Shown: piece after piece, positions 10,601 through 19,338 of the stretch
Numbering within the stretch: position 1 is the stretch's first letter
Layout: each line of letters opens with the position of its first letter
IMG/VR virus record: IMGVR_UViG_3300017917_002434
Span: 124,001 to 188,000 of that record
Strand: one strand, 5' to 3'
Length of the DNA stretch: 64,000 nt
The notes under the pieces: generated by a model
What the model was told of the DNA's origin: nothing
Database searches by the model: none
What the model saw: the letters and a program-made list of their open reading frames with translations, nothing else
Position numbers and translations under genes: made by a program

Positions 10601-13600
10601 ACAAATACACTGCCTTGATCCTTACCTAGGTAATCAAAATTTGGAGCAGAGACAAATAATCTTGTTCCGTCCTCACTTAATACTACTCTTTGACCGAACT
10701 CGTCCCCTGCTTCTAATTCAACTTGGTCTGCGTCAATAGTCTGTATTAAATTAAATGTTTCATTATCGGTTTTCTCATAGATGAAAACCGCTCCTGTCTT
10801 GCCTAGAGTCGAATCTGTATTTTCCTGCCATACAGAAGGTGTAAATTCTGGAATAGAATTAATATTATTAGCTAGGCAGTTATAATAGAAGGATCCTCTT
10901 CTTACTGTATCGCCTACAACATAGTTGATAGTGTTTTTCCATACACCTTTAAAATTTTCAAAATCTGCGGTATCGTTTTTAGGTGCCGATACAACAAGAA
11001 TTGATCCGTCTTTAGTAAAACTAGAAGAAGTACCGTATGCACTGCCGATATTTAAAAATTCAACATCGCCTTCAGCACCTTGTTGTATAGAAGAACCGTC
11101 ATCAGCATAGGCTAGTGCTGCTGGAAGTATACTGTTTGTTACTTCTGCTACTTCTTCCCAAGCACCGACGCCTGGTTGATTGTTAGGAATAGCAGGAATA
11201 TTTGACAGTGCTTGCCAATACGCAGAGCTGTACCAAACTTTGGCTCCGGCAGGATAATTTCTAGTTGAGGAATATATTCCTAAGAAATTAGGATCATCTA
11301 AGTGTTTCCAGCCTACTCCGTCAAATTTGTAAAGATAAGATCTTCCAGCGTCGTCTCTAGAACCCGGAGCTCCAACAACCATATAATAGGCTTCTTCAAC
11401 TCCGCCTAAAGTACTGCCGAGAATTCTAATCTGATCTCCAACATTGTATCTAGTGCCTGCTACATTGACAATAGCGGTATATCTCCCGCCTTCTCTTATA
11501 ATATCAAAGATAGCACCTTGACCTGGATCACTGACGTCTTCGCCTTGTAAATCGTTAAACTGTCTTTCTCCAGGAGTCGCAACTCCTGACCATGTTATAC
11601 CAGACGATGCTGTTCCTCTGAAGGAGAAATTATCAATAGCAGTCTGTGATGTAACGGCATTAACTCGAATAGTAACATCGTGTTCACCGTCTACTCCACC
11701 AAGTTCACTTCCTGGAATGACTATGATCGATCCAGCAACATATCTAATTTTATTTCCTACTAGATCCAAATCTGCCCATTCGACTGCGGCTTCGGCAAAT
11801 ACTGCACCCGTAACCTGTTCCCAATATTCTTGATCGGTTGGAAATATCGGCAAAGCAACTTCCCAGGTCGATGTCTCGGTAGGAAGAACTCCTGTATTCA
11901 ATCCAAGAGCCTTATAATAAGAAGTAGAGTTAGCAGGATATTTTACGATGTCGCCGGGCTGATAGGTTCGACTAGGATTCCATATTCCTAGGTCTACTCT
12001 AGTATCTTTGATACAGGCATACAATCTACCCGAATATCTAACTATACTTCTAGAAGAATAACCAAGGCCAGCATTAGTCCTTGTTACAGCATATCGCGAA
12101 CCCGACTTAGTAACTCTAAATGTAGCTTCCTCTATTGGCAGAATAGAATTAATACCTTTAATATTATTGTAAGTCGCCGAACCTACTATCTCGCCAGTTC
12201 CAGTAACAGCGGTTACAGTTATGATTAAATCATTAAATGGTGTAAGTCCTAATAAATTGCTACCGGTAATTTTTATTCTATCCCCAACAGCATATCTAGT
12301 TCCGCCAGTTCTTACTAACACATTGTAAGTATTATTTGTTTTTAATACATCAAATGTAGCATTAGATCCTGGCAAACTAATATCAACACCGCTTACGTTT
12401 GAGAATCTAGCATCTTCTAAACCGCTTTCTCCTTGTGCTGACACTTCTAATATTCCGCCTACACTATCTATTGCTGCGATTGTTAACGTAACGTCCCCAC
12501 TGGTTCCTTCAATGCCTTCTCTCTTAGATAGACTAATTATAGAAGCAAATTTTTCACCGTGGGCAGGTCTAGGACTTATAATCGTATGTCTAAGTTGATA
12601 TTGACTAAAAATTTGATCGTATTCAAATATTTCTAGAGCACCTTGTTGTCTATATCCTTGATTGACATCGAACAGTCCGATGCCTAATGGATTAGCTAGA
12701 TGTTCTGTAGCCGGTTTCCAGTTTTCGCTGTCAAGATTTATTGACGACCCGTCTCCAATAATTGTATTCTGTGCTTGCCATAATTTACCGGCATACAATA
12801 CTGTATCTCCCGGATTGTATGTAGCAGTAGGGCTGAATATCTCTCTGTAATTACTTGGAATATAAGAAACGTTAGGCGATCCTACCATCAGCCATCGACC
12901 ATCTTGGCTTGTAGCTAATACTTCTCCATAAGTTCCTAAAAATATAGGTCTTAGATTTGAATTAGGATTTAATACTTGTAAAGGTATTAAACCTTCTTCG
13001 CTTTGTCCGTATACTACTACAGCAGATTCTCTGATAACCTCACCGGCAGGTACAACTTGGCCCGGGTTAGACGAAATAATTTGATTTCTAGCTTCAACAA
13101 ATAAAACATCTTTACCAGATCCAGTTGGGAACGCAACTCCGTAATTAGCAACATCAATAGCCTTGTAGATGCGTCTCTTTTCTAAAACTTCCCATCTATC
13201 TTGACCATTGTTATCTAACCAAACTTTTGTTCCTTCTCTATAAGCAGCGAATCTGTCTGAAATTAAATCACTGTACTGCCCAACTCGTAGAGTTTCAAAT
13301 ATAGAAATTGTAGCGAAAGAACTTTCGTCGATTACTGGCTCCTCATCGAACCCTGCTATTTCTATGATAATAGTATTTGGATCTACAGCTTTAATTCTCC
13401 AAAAACCTTCTAAAAATTTTACATTATTAATTCCGATAATATCATCTACTTTTAATCCGTGTGGTTTGTTACATTCTAGAGTAACAGATGTAGTATCAAC
13501 AACTGCCACAGCACCTATAATAACATCGGTTATTGTATATCTTAAGACGGTCCATCCTACATTGTCAAAAGTTACCCATACTCGAGACCCGTCTTTCAGT

Positions 13601-16600
13601 TGGTTTATATCTAGAGCGTATAGATTATTTCGAGTTTTTACAATAAAATCTACATCTCCAGAATAAACATAACCAGCAGAAGATTCAGCTACAGAATAAG
13701 ACTTAGTAGGATAAGAATAATCAGGACCACCGATAGTAAAATCATTTGCTCCTGTTAAAATATAGTTCTGATAATTTGTTTTCGATAACCCACGACTATC
13801 TATAATAACAGGTTGTGGGTTTAATCTTATATCTTTCTGGTTTAAAGATATTTCCAATTCTTTAAATTGTGCTGATCCTCCGAACGATGACATCAAGAAT
13901 GCCCATTCTTCTTTCATTTCTACAGCGTCTTGATCTAGAGAACTTAGCTTATCAAATATTTTTGTGATAGAATTTTTTGTACCTTTCTCTTTTATAAAAC
14001 CTTGATAGATTCTAAACTGAGTAACTTCATCCTGTGCTAGGTCTTCTAAATATTCACGTTTCTGATATCCTATACTGTGTCTAGCTAATTCTTTTTCGGT
14101 ATCGTCAATACCTTGATATCCAAGTTCATAATAATCCTCGATTTGATTTATTTTGTAATCAAGATTAGCTAACAAGGAAGGCGTTGGAAATGAATCTAAT
14201 CTTTCCCAACTATTAAAATTAAAATCTTTAGATCCGGTTTGTGTGATTTTAGAAACATAATAATATTCTCTAAACTGTACAATATCGCCTAACTTATAAT
14301 CCTTAAAAGATTCCCAAAAATCAATATCTGCGGTATCAAAAATAAAACCCGGACTTGTATAATCGCCGTCCCAGTCGGTAGTTCTAAATCCTATTAACTT
14401 TATTCTATCTTGTCTATATCCAGGAGCTTTATCAAATATTACATCACCGAACATAGTTTTATCATTAAACACAGTCACGTGTTCTTTTTGTACAAAATTA
14501 ATTTTAGCGAAATAAATTCCGATTGCCTGTGCGTCTAAAGGCGATAATATAAATTCATTATAGCCGCGATAAATTTGTATGTCGCTCGCAGGTATCTTAG
14601 TACCGTCATTACTAAAAATATTATAATCGTAAAAACTATCTAACACATTATCTGCTACACTGCCTACGTTCGCGATCTTTAACAATGTGGCACCTGGACT
14701 TAATGTTATTAATGCTCCTACTGCCCAATTATGCGAAGTCCAGAACATGAATTCTCTAGCAGATAATACCCAGTCGTTAGGCTCTGATAATTCTTTATTA
14801 AATTCTTCAAATACTAATCCCTGATCTTTCAGCCATTCACTATAGCCTAATATTACATCTACAACTTGTTGGACTGTTGAAAAAATACTGTTATACGGAA
14901 CACGTTTCACTACAAGTTTATTAAATGTAGTTCTATTGATAGCAGTTACGTCATTGACGATCGGTAACGCAGGCAATGCTGTGAAGTTTTCATTTTGAAA
15001 AATATTAGCAGACACATGATTAGCTGTACAGCGATAAAATTGTCCTTGATATCTTACCAAAGAACCTTTTCCGTAATATTGTTCAGCGTCCCAATCTACA
15101 TATTTTTCACTAACTCCGCCTACTGATATAACAGGATCATCAACTCGTGTATATGGTTCATATGTATTAAAAAATGAATTTAATTTGTCATAGCCAAATA
15201 ATTTAAATCCCCCGTCTACCTTTTCAACTATCATACCAGAATAACTGATAGATTTAACTACAGAACTGGTGTTGAAAATAATTTGATAATCTTCCGGAGG
15301 AATAAACACCGCTGGAGATTTAGATGTAGGATTTTTACTGTCTAAAATATACTTCTGTCGTTGTTTTTCAACAAATCCGCCGACTCTGTGAGATATTTTT
15401 ACATTCATATTATCTATAATATTAGACAATACTGAAGTATTAACAGCGTTAAATTTAAGATAGTTTTGTATGTAAGTTAATAAACCAGAAGGCTGAGTCG
15501 TTGAACTCGAAAGGATAGTTTCTTTATCGATGAACTTTCCTGTATTTTTATCTATAGGTTGACCTAAAATATTCTTGTCGATTACATTTCGATCAAAATT
15601 CATCGATATAAATTCGAAAGGTGTCAATAACGAGGCTGCGGTAACTATAGAGAACGGATATAAGGAACTTCTACGCCACGAATTTTCTACAGGACCGTAA
15701 TCGCCAAATTGAAAATCTTCATTTATTCTGTTTAAAGAATAGTCTATAATAGCCGAAGCATCTTGAGGTGAAACTAGACCTCCGTGCTCATCTACGGGAA
15801 TATAATCTAAAAGACCTGGTCTTATAAATCTAGGATTTACTCCGCTGTTAGGGCCTTGACGAATTATACCTTGCTCTAAATCTTCCCACAATAATAGATT
15901 CCCTTTAGTGTAAGGAGCAGGACCATATTCGTCTTCCCACCATAAAGGTTTCTCACTAAACCCTAACATTTCCCAAGGATTTGTATGAGGTCTATCAGTA
16001 TCATATAAAAATTTATAGATACCCCTCCAGAATTGAGGAAGTTTTACTGTTTTGTTTCTATCTGTTGCTCTATAATAGGTATATGAAAAAGGATTTTCGG
16101 CCTGATATATTTCATTTTTATAAATGTCTATACCTAGATTATTTGCCCATTTTAAAAAATCAGTTTCTATTACAGTATCTACTACATCTACTCCATAAGT
16201 TGCCTGTCCATGATAACCTTTAAACAGTTTATCTACATCAAAAAAAGCAGGATCATATTTGATCTTAATGTTATTGTAAATTCTTTTTTCTAATTCTAAA
16301 ATTGCGTCGTCCCTGAGATCTCCAAAAGCTATTGTAATGCTTCCGTCGTGTCCCTGGATTACATCTACCGGATTTAATAACGTAGTATCTAAATACAGCC
16401 TCGGAGTAAATTTTTTATACAGGCCTAACTTAGTTGGTGTTTCAGGAATAAAGTTATATGCTGTACTTAAATATTCTCTAATTTCAATCTTATCATTTTC
16501 ATTTAGGTCTATTAATAATTTTACGAAACCAAAAGTAGAGTCGAAAATATAATCGAAACCGTGGAGTAACTGATTGTCGTTTACATACACATAAACCGCA

Positions 16601-19338
16601 CGAGACGAATTTGTATCTAAATCAAATTTTTCATTTAAGGCAAAAGTCTTTATTCCTTCATCTTCAACAACATAATTAATAGTTCTGTAAGCACCACTTC
16701 CTATCATATCCGAAGTAGCGTAAGGAAAGTCGATAACATTAGATTTTGACATTGTATCTAAAATTTTATCAACGAATTCGACAATACTTCTCTGATCGTA
16801 ATCTAATTCGCTTGCTAGAGAAATAAAATTATTTTTAAATTTTTCATATTCATTAGCGGCGTGTCTAATTGATTTAACAATGTTAATGTCTTTATCGCAC
16901 AGCAGCGGAAATGCTAAAATTCCCAAGCTGGCTCTCTTCATAAATCTTGAACCGTTCTGTCTATAATTAGATATGTCTCTAATATTGCTAGCACCAGGAA
17001 AATCACCTTGAAAGTCTGTGTCTACTTCGATCATAGTTCTTAAATGATCGTTAGCCTGACCTAGCGTAAATTGTTCTATGTTTTCGTTAAGAGGATTTTT
17101 TTCTAATGAGTTAGGAATTTCATAATATCCTAAATTAGGTTCATCAGTAGTAAAAATTTTTAACGTCAGTGTGTCGCCTGCTCGAAAAGTCTGATTAAAA
17201 ACAAAAGTTCTAGTTTCTACTTCAAAAACGCTAGTAAAGTCAGTAGTAATTTTTTTACCGTTAATATAAAACAAAATATGTTCAGTGGCGTTTCCTGACC
17301 ATAGGCAGGCAGACGACGTTACGGTATTTGTATCATTCTCTATAACGAATGTTTCGAGGATAGGCTGTCTAAGATTAGGATTAGTTTTTATCCAGCCGTT
17401 AAAATATTCTTCAGATTCGTAATTTCTATAAAATCCCGACGATGATGATTTTTTTATCGTTTGACCTGTTTGTTGATATAAAAAAGATTCTTTTTCAAAA
17501 TCAAATTCAAAAAGAATATCGCCGGAATTATTAATATTCAGATAAGACAACGGAAATCCTAACTCGTTGTCTACACGACCGTTTCCTTTTTTATAACTGA
17601 TTAATTCACTTCCGATAAATGTTGATGTTTCATATTTTTGATTGTCTGAAAAAGAAACGCCGTCGTTGTCAAATAAATCAAATAAAGGAGATTGATTAAT
17701 CGCTGTTTTTGTTTGGCTTCGGACCCATCTTTCTCCATCATAGTGAAACATTCTGCCTTTGTTAGATATACTGCCTTTGGCTACAATTACCGTTTCACCT
17801 AAGCTGGGGGCTGAATCATCAGTTTCTACCAAGCTAATTTGAATTCTATTTAAAGTATTGGTACTTGTCTGAACTGTTATAAATTTAACTTGGAAAATTT
17901 TATCTTTTACGAAAGGATCAGAATCATTAACAAATAAAACTCTATCGCCGTCTTGTACTGATTGCCCGTCGATATTATAACCAGCAGATCCTTCTATCGT
18001 AGAAAATACATCCTTAGTAAAATCATCGATTAAATCTACAGTCTTTTTAGGTTTAGATCCATGATTATAAAGTTGAATATTCGGAAGGAATTCTATAATA
18101 GGTCGTTTAGCTCTATCATTTTCTGACAGCGATGGAGGTACTCCGTTAATGCTGGCAGCATATTGAATAACATCTCTATGGAACCATCTGTTGTAACGTG
18201 TCCATGGATTTTTATCTCTGCTACTTCTGTTAATTGTTATGTAATCTTTCTGGGTAGGATATGTAGAAGCATCGTCAAATGGCTGAGTATCAAATCCCCC
18301 ATCGTCAAATGTAATTTCTATGTCAGTTACTGCGATAGGAGGAATTTCTAATTCAGCAAAATTAACTAGACGAATAGATTCTCCCACTCCCTCAACTAAC
18401 CAAAGAGAATCTTTGTATATTGCCGGTTCTACTCTTCCTATAAACTGAACTTTTAAACCATTCGTGAAAACTATATTATTTGAGCTTGTGTAGTTAAGTT
18501 TACCAAGGATTTCTTTTTCAACATCAATAAAAGTATTTTCTGTCACTGACGCTATGACAAAACTTCCCACACGATTTATATTATTTTCGCTTTGATAATA
18601 AAGCATGTCGGGAGCATCTAGAGGAACTTCGAAAGTTATTGTTCCAACTTCTATTCCGTTATTAGTCACACCCTTGTTGTAGTTTTCTTGATTACCTTTT
18701 AAATTTCCAGATCTGATAAGGAACGGATCACCGGGACTGTTGACATCGAAAATATATGTCTGACCTCTGTATAGAGTTATCTGAGGATTTCTTTTTAATC
18801 CGTCAGGATAAAACAACCATTCATTCTGTCCATCGGATCTAACTCGATATTTAGAAATTACTTCTTCTGATTGTCCGGCTACGGAAACTGTCTCCGGACC
18901 GACTGGTAGCCAATAATATTCTCTGTAGTTTATAAACTTATCCCAATCGATAGGAGGATTCCAACTATATTGTTCTTGATATGTCGCTAGATCATCTCTT
19001 TCAGATTGATTGTTAAAAAACTTTAGTTGATTTTTTAGATCGATATAGTCATAAATTTTATTAACTTTTTGATTACTTTCTATCACCACAGCTGGTTCTA
19101 GTTGATACGACGATCTTAATGATTTTTCTACATCGAGATAAATGTCAGTACTGTTATAAGTTTTTCCGTAACGTCTTCCGACAAATCCGCTGAGTCTTTC
19201 TAACGCACCAGGTTGTACTAAAGCATCTAATGTACTAGATAAAAATTTATCATTAGTATTAGTTTTAAAAATTTCAGGAAGAAGTTCAACAGTTCTTCTT
19301 ACTGGTAATTCGCTTTTCTTAAAAATTTTGTTTGACAT
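4666..19338 (-). CDS. Giant (4890 aa) virion / baseplate wedge-associated structural protein with FG-GAP-like propeller blades and CBM5/12-like repeats
   Basis: Uninterrupted 14.7-kb ORF translationally coupled to the gp6-like gene (TAATG). Contains repeated FGxxxxxSxDGxxLxVxAP blades, repeated W/YxxxxxYxxGDxVxYxGxxYxA/C modules, and GxGY(T/K)SxP repeats. Confidence 0.75.
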   Translation of the reverse strand: MSNKIFKKSELPVRRTVELLPEIFKTNTNDKFLSSTLDALVQPGALERLSGFVGRRYGKTYNSTDIYLDVEKSLRSSYQLEPAVVIESNQKVNKIYDYIDLKNQLKFFNNQSERDDLATYQEQYSWNPPIDWDKFINYREYYWLPVGPETVSVAGQSEEVISKYRVRSDGQNEWLFYPDGLKRNPQITLYRGQTYIFDVNSPGDPFLIRSGNLKGNQENYNKGVTNNGIEVGTITFEVPLDAPDMLYYQSENNINRVGSFVIASVTENTFIDVEKEILGKLNYTSSNNIVFTNGLKVQFIGRVEPAIYKDSLWLVEGVGESIRLVNFAELEIPPIAVTDIEITFDDGGFDTQPFDDASTYPTQKDYITINRSSRDKNPWTRYNRWFHRDVIQYAASINGVPPSLSENDRAKRPIIEFLPNIQLYNHGSKPKKTVDLIDDFTKDVFSTIEGSAGYNIDGQSVQDGDRVLFVNDSDPFVKDKIFQVKFITVQTSTNTLNRIQISLVETDDSAPSLGETVIVAKGSISNKGRMFHYDGERWVRSQTKTAINQSPLFDLFDNDGVSFSDNQKYETSTFIGSELISYKKGNGRVDNELGFPLSYLNINNSGDILFEFDFEKESFLYQQTGQTIKKSSSSGFYRNYESEEYFNGWIKTNPNLRQPILETFVIENDTNTVTSSACLWSGNATEHILFYINGKKITTDFTSVFEVETRTFVFNQTFRAGDTLTLKIFTTDEPNLGYYEIPNSLEKNPLNENIEQFTLGQANDHLRTMIEVDTDFQGDFPGASNIRDISNYRQNGSRFMKRASLGILAFPLLCDKDINIVKSIRHAANEYEKFKNNFISLASELDYDQRSIVEFVDKILDTMSKSNVIDFPYATSDMIGSGAYRTINYVVEDEGIKTFALNEKFDLDTNSSRAVYVYVNDNQLLHGFDYIFDSTFGFVKLLIDLNENDKIEIREYLSTAYNFIPETPTKLGLYKKFTPRLYLDTTLLNPVDVIQGHDGSITIAFGDLRDDAILELEKRIYNNIKIKYDPAFFDVDKLFKGYHGQATYGVDVVDTVIETDFLKWANNLGIDIYKNEIYQAENPFSYTYYRATDRNKTVKLPQFWRGIYKFLYDTDRPHTNPWEMLGFSEKPLWWEDEYGPAPYTKGNLLLWEDLEQGIIRQGPNSGVNPRFIRPGLLDYIPVDEHGGLVSPQDASAIIDYSLNRINEDFQFGDYGPVENSWRRSSLYPFSIVTAASLLTPFEFISMNFDRNVIDKNILGQPIDKNTGKFIDKETILSSSTTQPSGLLTYIQNYLKFNAVNTSVLSNIIDNMNVKISHRVGGFVEKQRQKYILDSKNPTSKSPAVFIPPEDYQIIFNTSSVVKSISYSGMIVEKVDGGFKLFGYDKLNSFFNTYEPYTRVDDPVISVGGVSEKYVDWDAEQYYGKGSLVRYQGQFYRCTANHVSANIFQNENFTALPALPIVNDVTAINRTTFNKLVVKRVPYNSIFSTVQQVVDVILGYSEWLKDQGLVFEEFNKELSEPNDWVLSAREFMFWTSHNWAVGALITLSPGATLLKIANVGSVADNVLDSFYDYNIFSNDGTKIPASDIQIYRGYNEFILSPLDAQAIGIYFAKINFVQKEHVTVFNDKTMFGDVIFDKAPGYRQDRIKLIGFRTTDWDGDYTSPGFIFDTADIDFWESFKDYKLGDIVQFREYYYVSKITQTGSKDFNFNSWERLDSFPTPSLLANLDYKINQIEDYYELGYQGIDDTEKELARHSIGYQKREYLEDLAQDEVTQFRIYQGFIKEKGTKNSITKIFDKLSSLDQDAVEMKEEWAFLMSSFGGSAQFKELEISLNQKDIRLNPQPVIIDSRGLSKTNYQNYILTGANDFTIGGPDYSYPTKSYSVAESSAGYVYSGDVDFIVKTRNNLYALDINQLKDGSRVWVTFDNVGWTVLRYTITDVIIGAVAVVDTTSVTLECNKPHGLKVDDIIGINNVKFLEGFWRIKAVDPNTIIIEIAGFDEEPVIDESSFATISIFETLRVGQYSDLISDRFAAYREGTKVWLDNNGQDRWEVLEKRRIYKAIDVANYGVAFPTGSGKDVLFVEARNQIISSNPGQVVPAGEVIRESAVVVYGQSEEGLIPLQVLNPNSNLRPIFLGTYGEVLATSQDGRWLMVGSPNVSYIPSNYREIFSPTATYNPGDTVLYAGKLWQAQNTIIGDGSSINLDSENWKPATEHLANPLGIGLFDVNQGYRQQGALEIFEYDQIFSQYQLRHTIISPRPAHGEKFASIISLSKREGIEGTSGDVTLTIAAIDSVGGILEVSAQGESGLEDARFSNVSGVDISLPGSNATFDVLKTNNTYNVLVRTGGTRYAVGDRIKITGSNLLGLTPFNDLIITVTAVTGTGEIVGSATYNNIKGINSILPIEEATFRVTKSGSRYAVTRTNAGLGYSSRSIVRYSGRLYACIKDTRVDLGIWNPSRTYQPGDIVKYPANSTSYYKALGLNTGVLPTETSTWEVALPIFPTDQEYWEQVTGAVFAEAAVEWADLDLVGNKIRYVAGSIIVIPGSELGGVDGEHDVTIRVNAVTSQTAIDNFSFRGTASSGITWSGVATPGERQFNDLQGEDVSDPGQGAIFDIIREGGRYTAIVNVAGTRYNVGDQIRILGSTLGGVEEAYYMVVGAPGSRDDAGRSYLYKFDGVGWKHLDDPNFLGIYSSTRNYPAGAKVWYSSAYWQALSNIPAIPNNQPGVGAWEEVAEVTNSILPAALAYADDGSSIQQGAEGDVEFLNIGSAYGTSSSFTKDGSILVVSAPKNDTADFENFKGVWKNTINYVVGDTVRRGSFYYNCLANNINSIPEFTPSVWQENTDSTLGKTGAVFIYEKTDNETFNLIQTIDADQVELEAGDEFGQRVVLSEDGTRLFVSAPNFDYLGKDQGSVFVFDKTPIGFVLKQKLNGIIMEPGERFGSNLSISPDGITLAISAEGAASYKTTIFDSGDTAYDRFLTRFRDSQGKTGKVYVYTNYTGSFVLSEILDQGLNTDEDFGRGLSVSNNSIIVGSPSFVSEDPAFEAIRIGRLQKFDKIPGAKPWFTIKQQDDQVNIDLLKNFSFYDKFNNVKIADIDIIDPYKGKILSVADQYIDYKTSFDPAIYSVGDENSATDAGQSWQSDKVGTTWWDLSSVKWTLYEQNTLAFRNGNWGTAAVGSSVDVYEWVESPLTPSEWNSITGTSEAFAQGISGTALYGNNTNYSIRTILDVNTGSPIGRTYYYWVKNKTTIPETSDRLLSVNEIANYISNPTSAGIPYAVLTSKNTFSLVNTSSVIDDDEFLVNIQFYNEEKEINLVHNEYQLLAEGTLDLPNKELENKWIDSLIGEDIAGQSVPDRKLPEKLRYGISSRPRQSMFINRNKAVNLVIDYINSVLKKKPFAEIIDYRNLNLKDEMPSTFSKLYDQTLVSEKELRFIATSKIKTARLKANIVNGHINTVDVLDGGYGYKSPPDIKIVGSGTGAKLQPVLDNRGTISRVDVINQGKKYLTASLIVRPFAVLVETDSTVNNFWSIYSLDEKNKEFYRSATQAYDTKKFWKKVDWWLPPFNEKSKVKKTIAGLYEEAGVDLSIGDLLRLENYGVGGWAVLERVDSTEADIAGKYKLVGRKLGTIEIINGFYNTDVESTGYDLSQAFDSNKYDTSASTEFRNILTAIKEDIFKEDLAVEWNKLFFVSLRYVFSEQLYVDWAFKTSFVNAVHNVGNLEQKINYKNDNLSSYQSYIEEVKPYRTKIRNFVSKYFNLESANQLTTDFDLPPVWNSETNSINVITPNSNQLLQYPWKLWVDNNHYSVIDIKIVNPGKNYTSVPKIVFEGGGGTGAQAQAYISTGKISKIIVTDPGRGYTSAPTVMIVGGVGSELQNAARAVAIIGDSKVRTFDMKMKFDRISKEPKFKSYSFKEKFEETETFTASAKQTTYRLKYPLSVDRSTITVTLNGSRLLSSQYSITVTEEVINSKTELIGRLILNSAPEANSIVIIKYQKNDEILDSLNRIDKYYKPLPGQAGVEKTRVDESETSEVVSDYSQLITGIDYGGTIVQGATFDVGAGWDALPWFTEGWDSSEVNETDFYFLVDGSTTSVTLPEVPKQNININVYVKRVLTGKTVRLDFETYDEYQLGDSSYTGEIPPATAIMNTFIGDGSTASVIIPQTANLEAGDLLIFRPSTSDGSLVIGGRNSIDAYISGGSLSGMSAYATATGTTAAEIVLDGDRLISPEQVPAPEENIPGQVLESLSIKVFHSSRSGSSPIKSKIYIGDGTTVLFDVGQRIIEKTNVIVYVDKFKKSIDTEFVILPETNSIRFIGTAPAINSVIEIFTMGPGGRGILDYREFVGTGNDRYFITGADFDETVTVFASVNNQPVDVGFINSDQLTDTENKTLVEFGVAPALGTKIILIALSTADRPLVKINHVELTLDDSIREYAIPTFSGLDLDPAGDMIVELNGQLLRTVETTYKIYDGNNSVQIGVDTPRAPGSVIFTDLKVFVDDQLKTFGIDFTFTSENNTVTFIKPIAMGSTIRIEDSSGRQYFINDTNIVLEQFTPFSTGDTLSITWFERYTELDILKDEFVGGKTSFSLQRELPGISYVWVYKNGIRLTPDIDFYVELPRTVYLRQDTDETDIIETISFGDLLYKEPLSFELFKDVLNRNHYNRFRITDLKLDSVLNYYDDEIKMVDASTLPNPSKDQPGIITIQGEKIQYFEKSGNTLRNIKRGMFGTAIKESYPKNTIVVDTGYLEYVPYQESQTKEDFVSDGTSLFVGPLTFVPEKTDITNWFRATIPSNFGRCDNIEVFVGGRRLRKDSTKIYDPTVGAYSPAGDVEVEAEFSVDGIGENIRLTVPVPAGTRITVIRRQGRLWYDRGIDTATTGQGLSYSKTAIAKFLQNSSTKLP

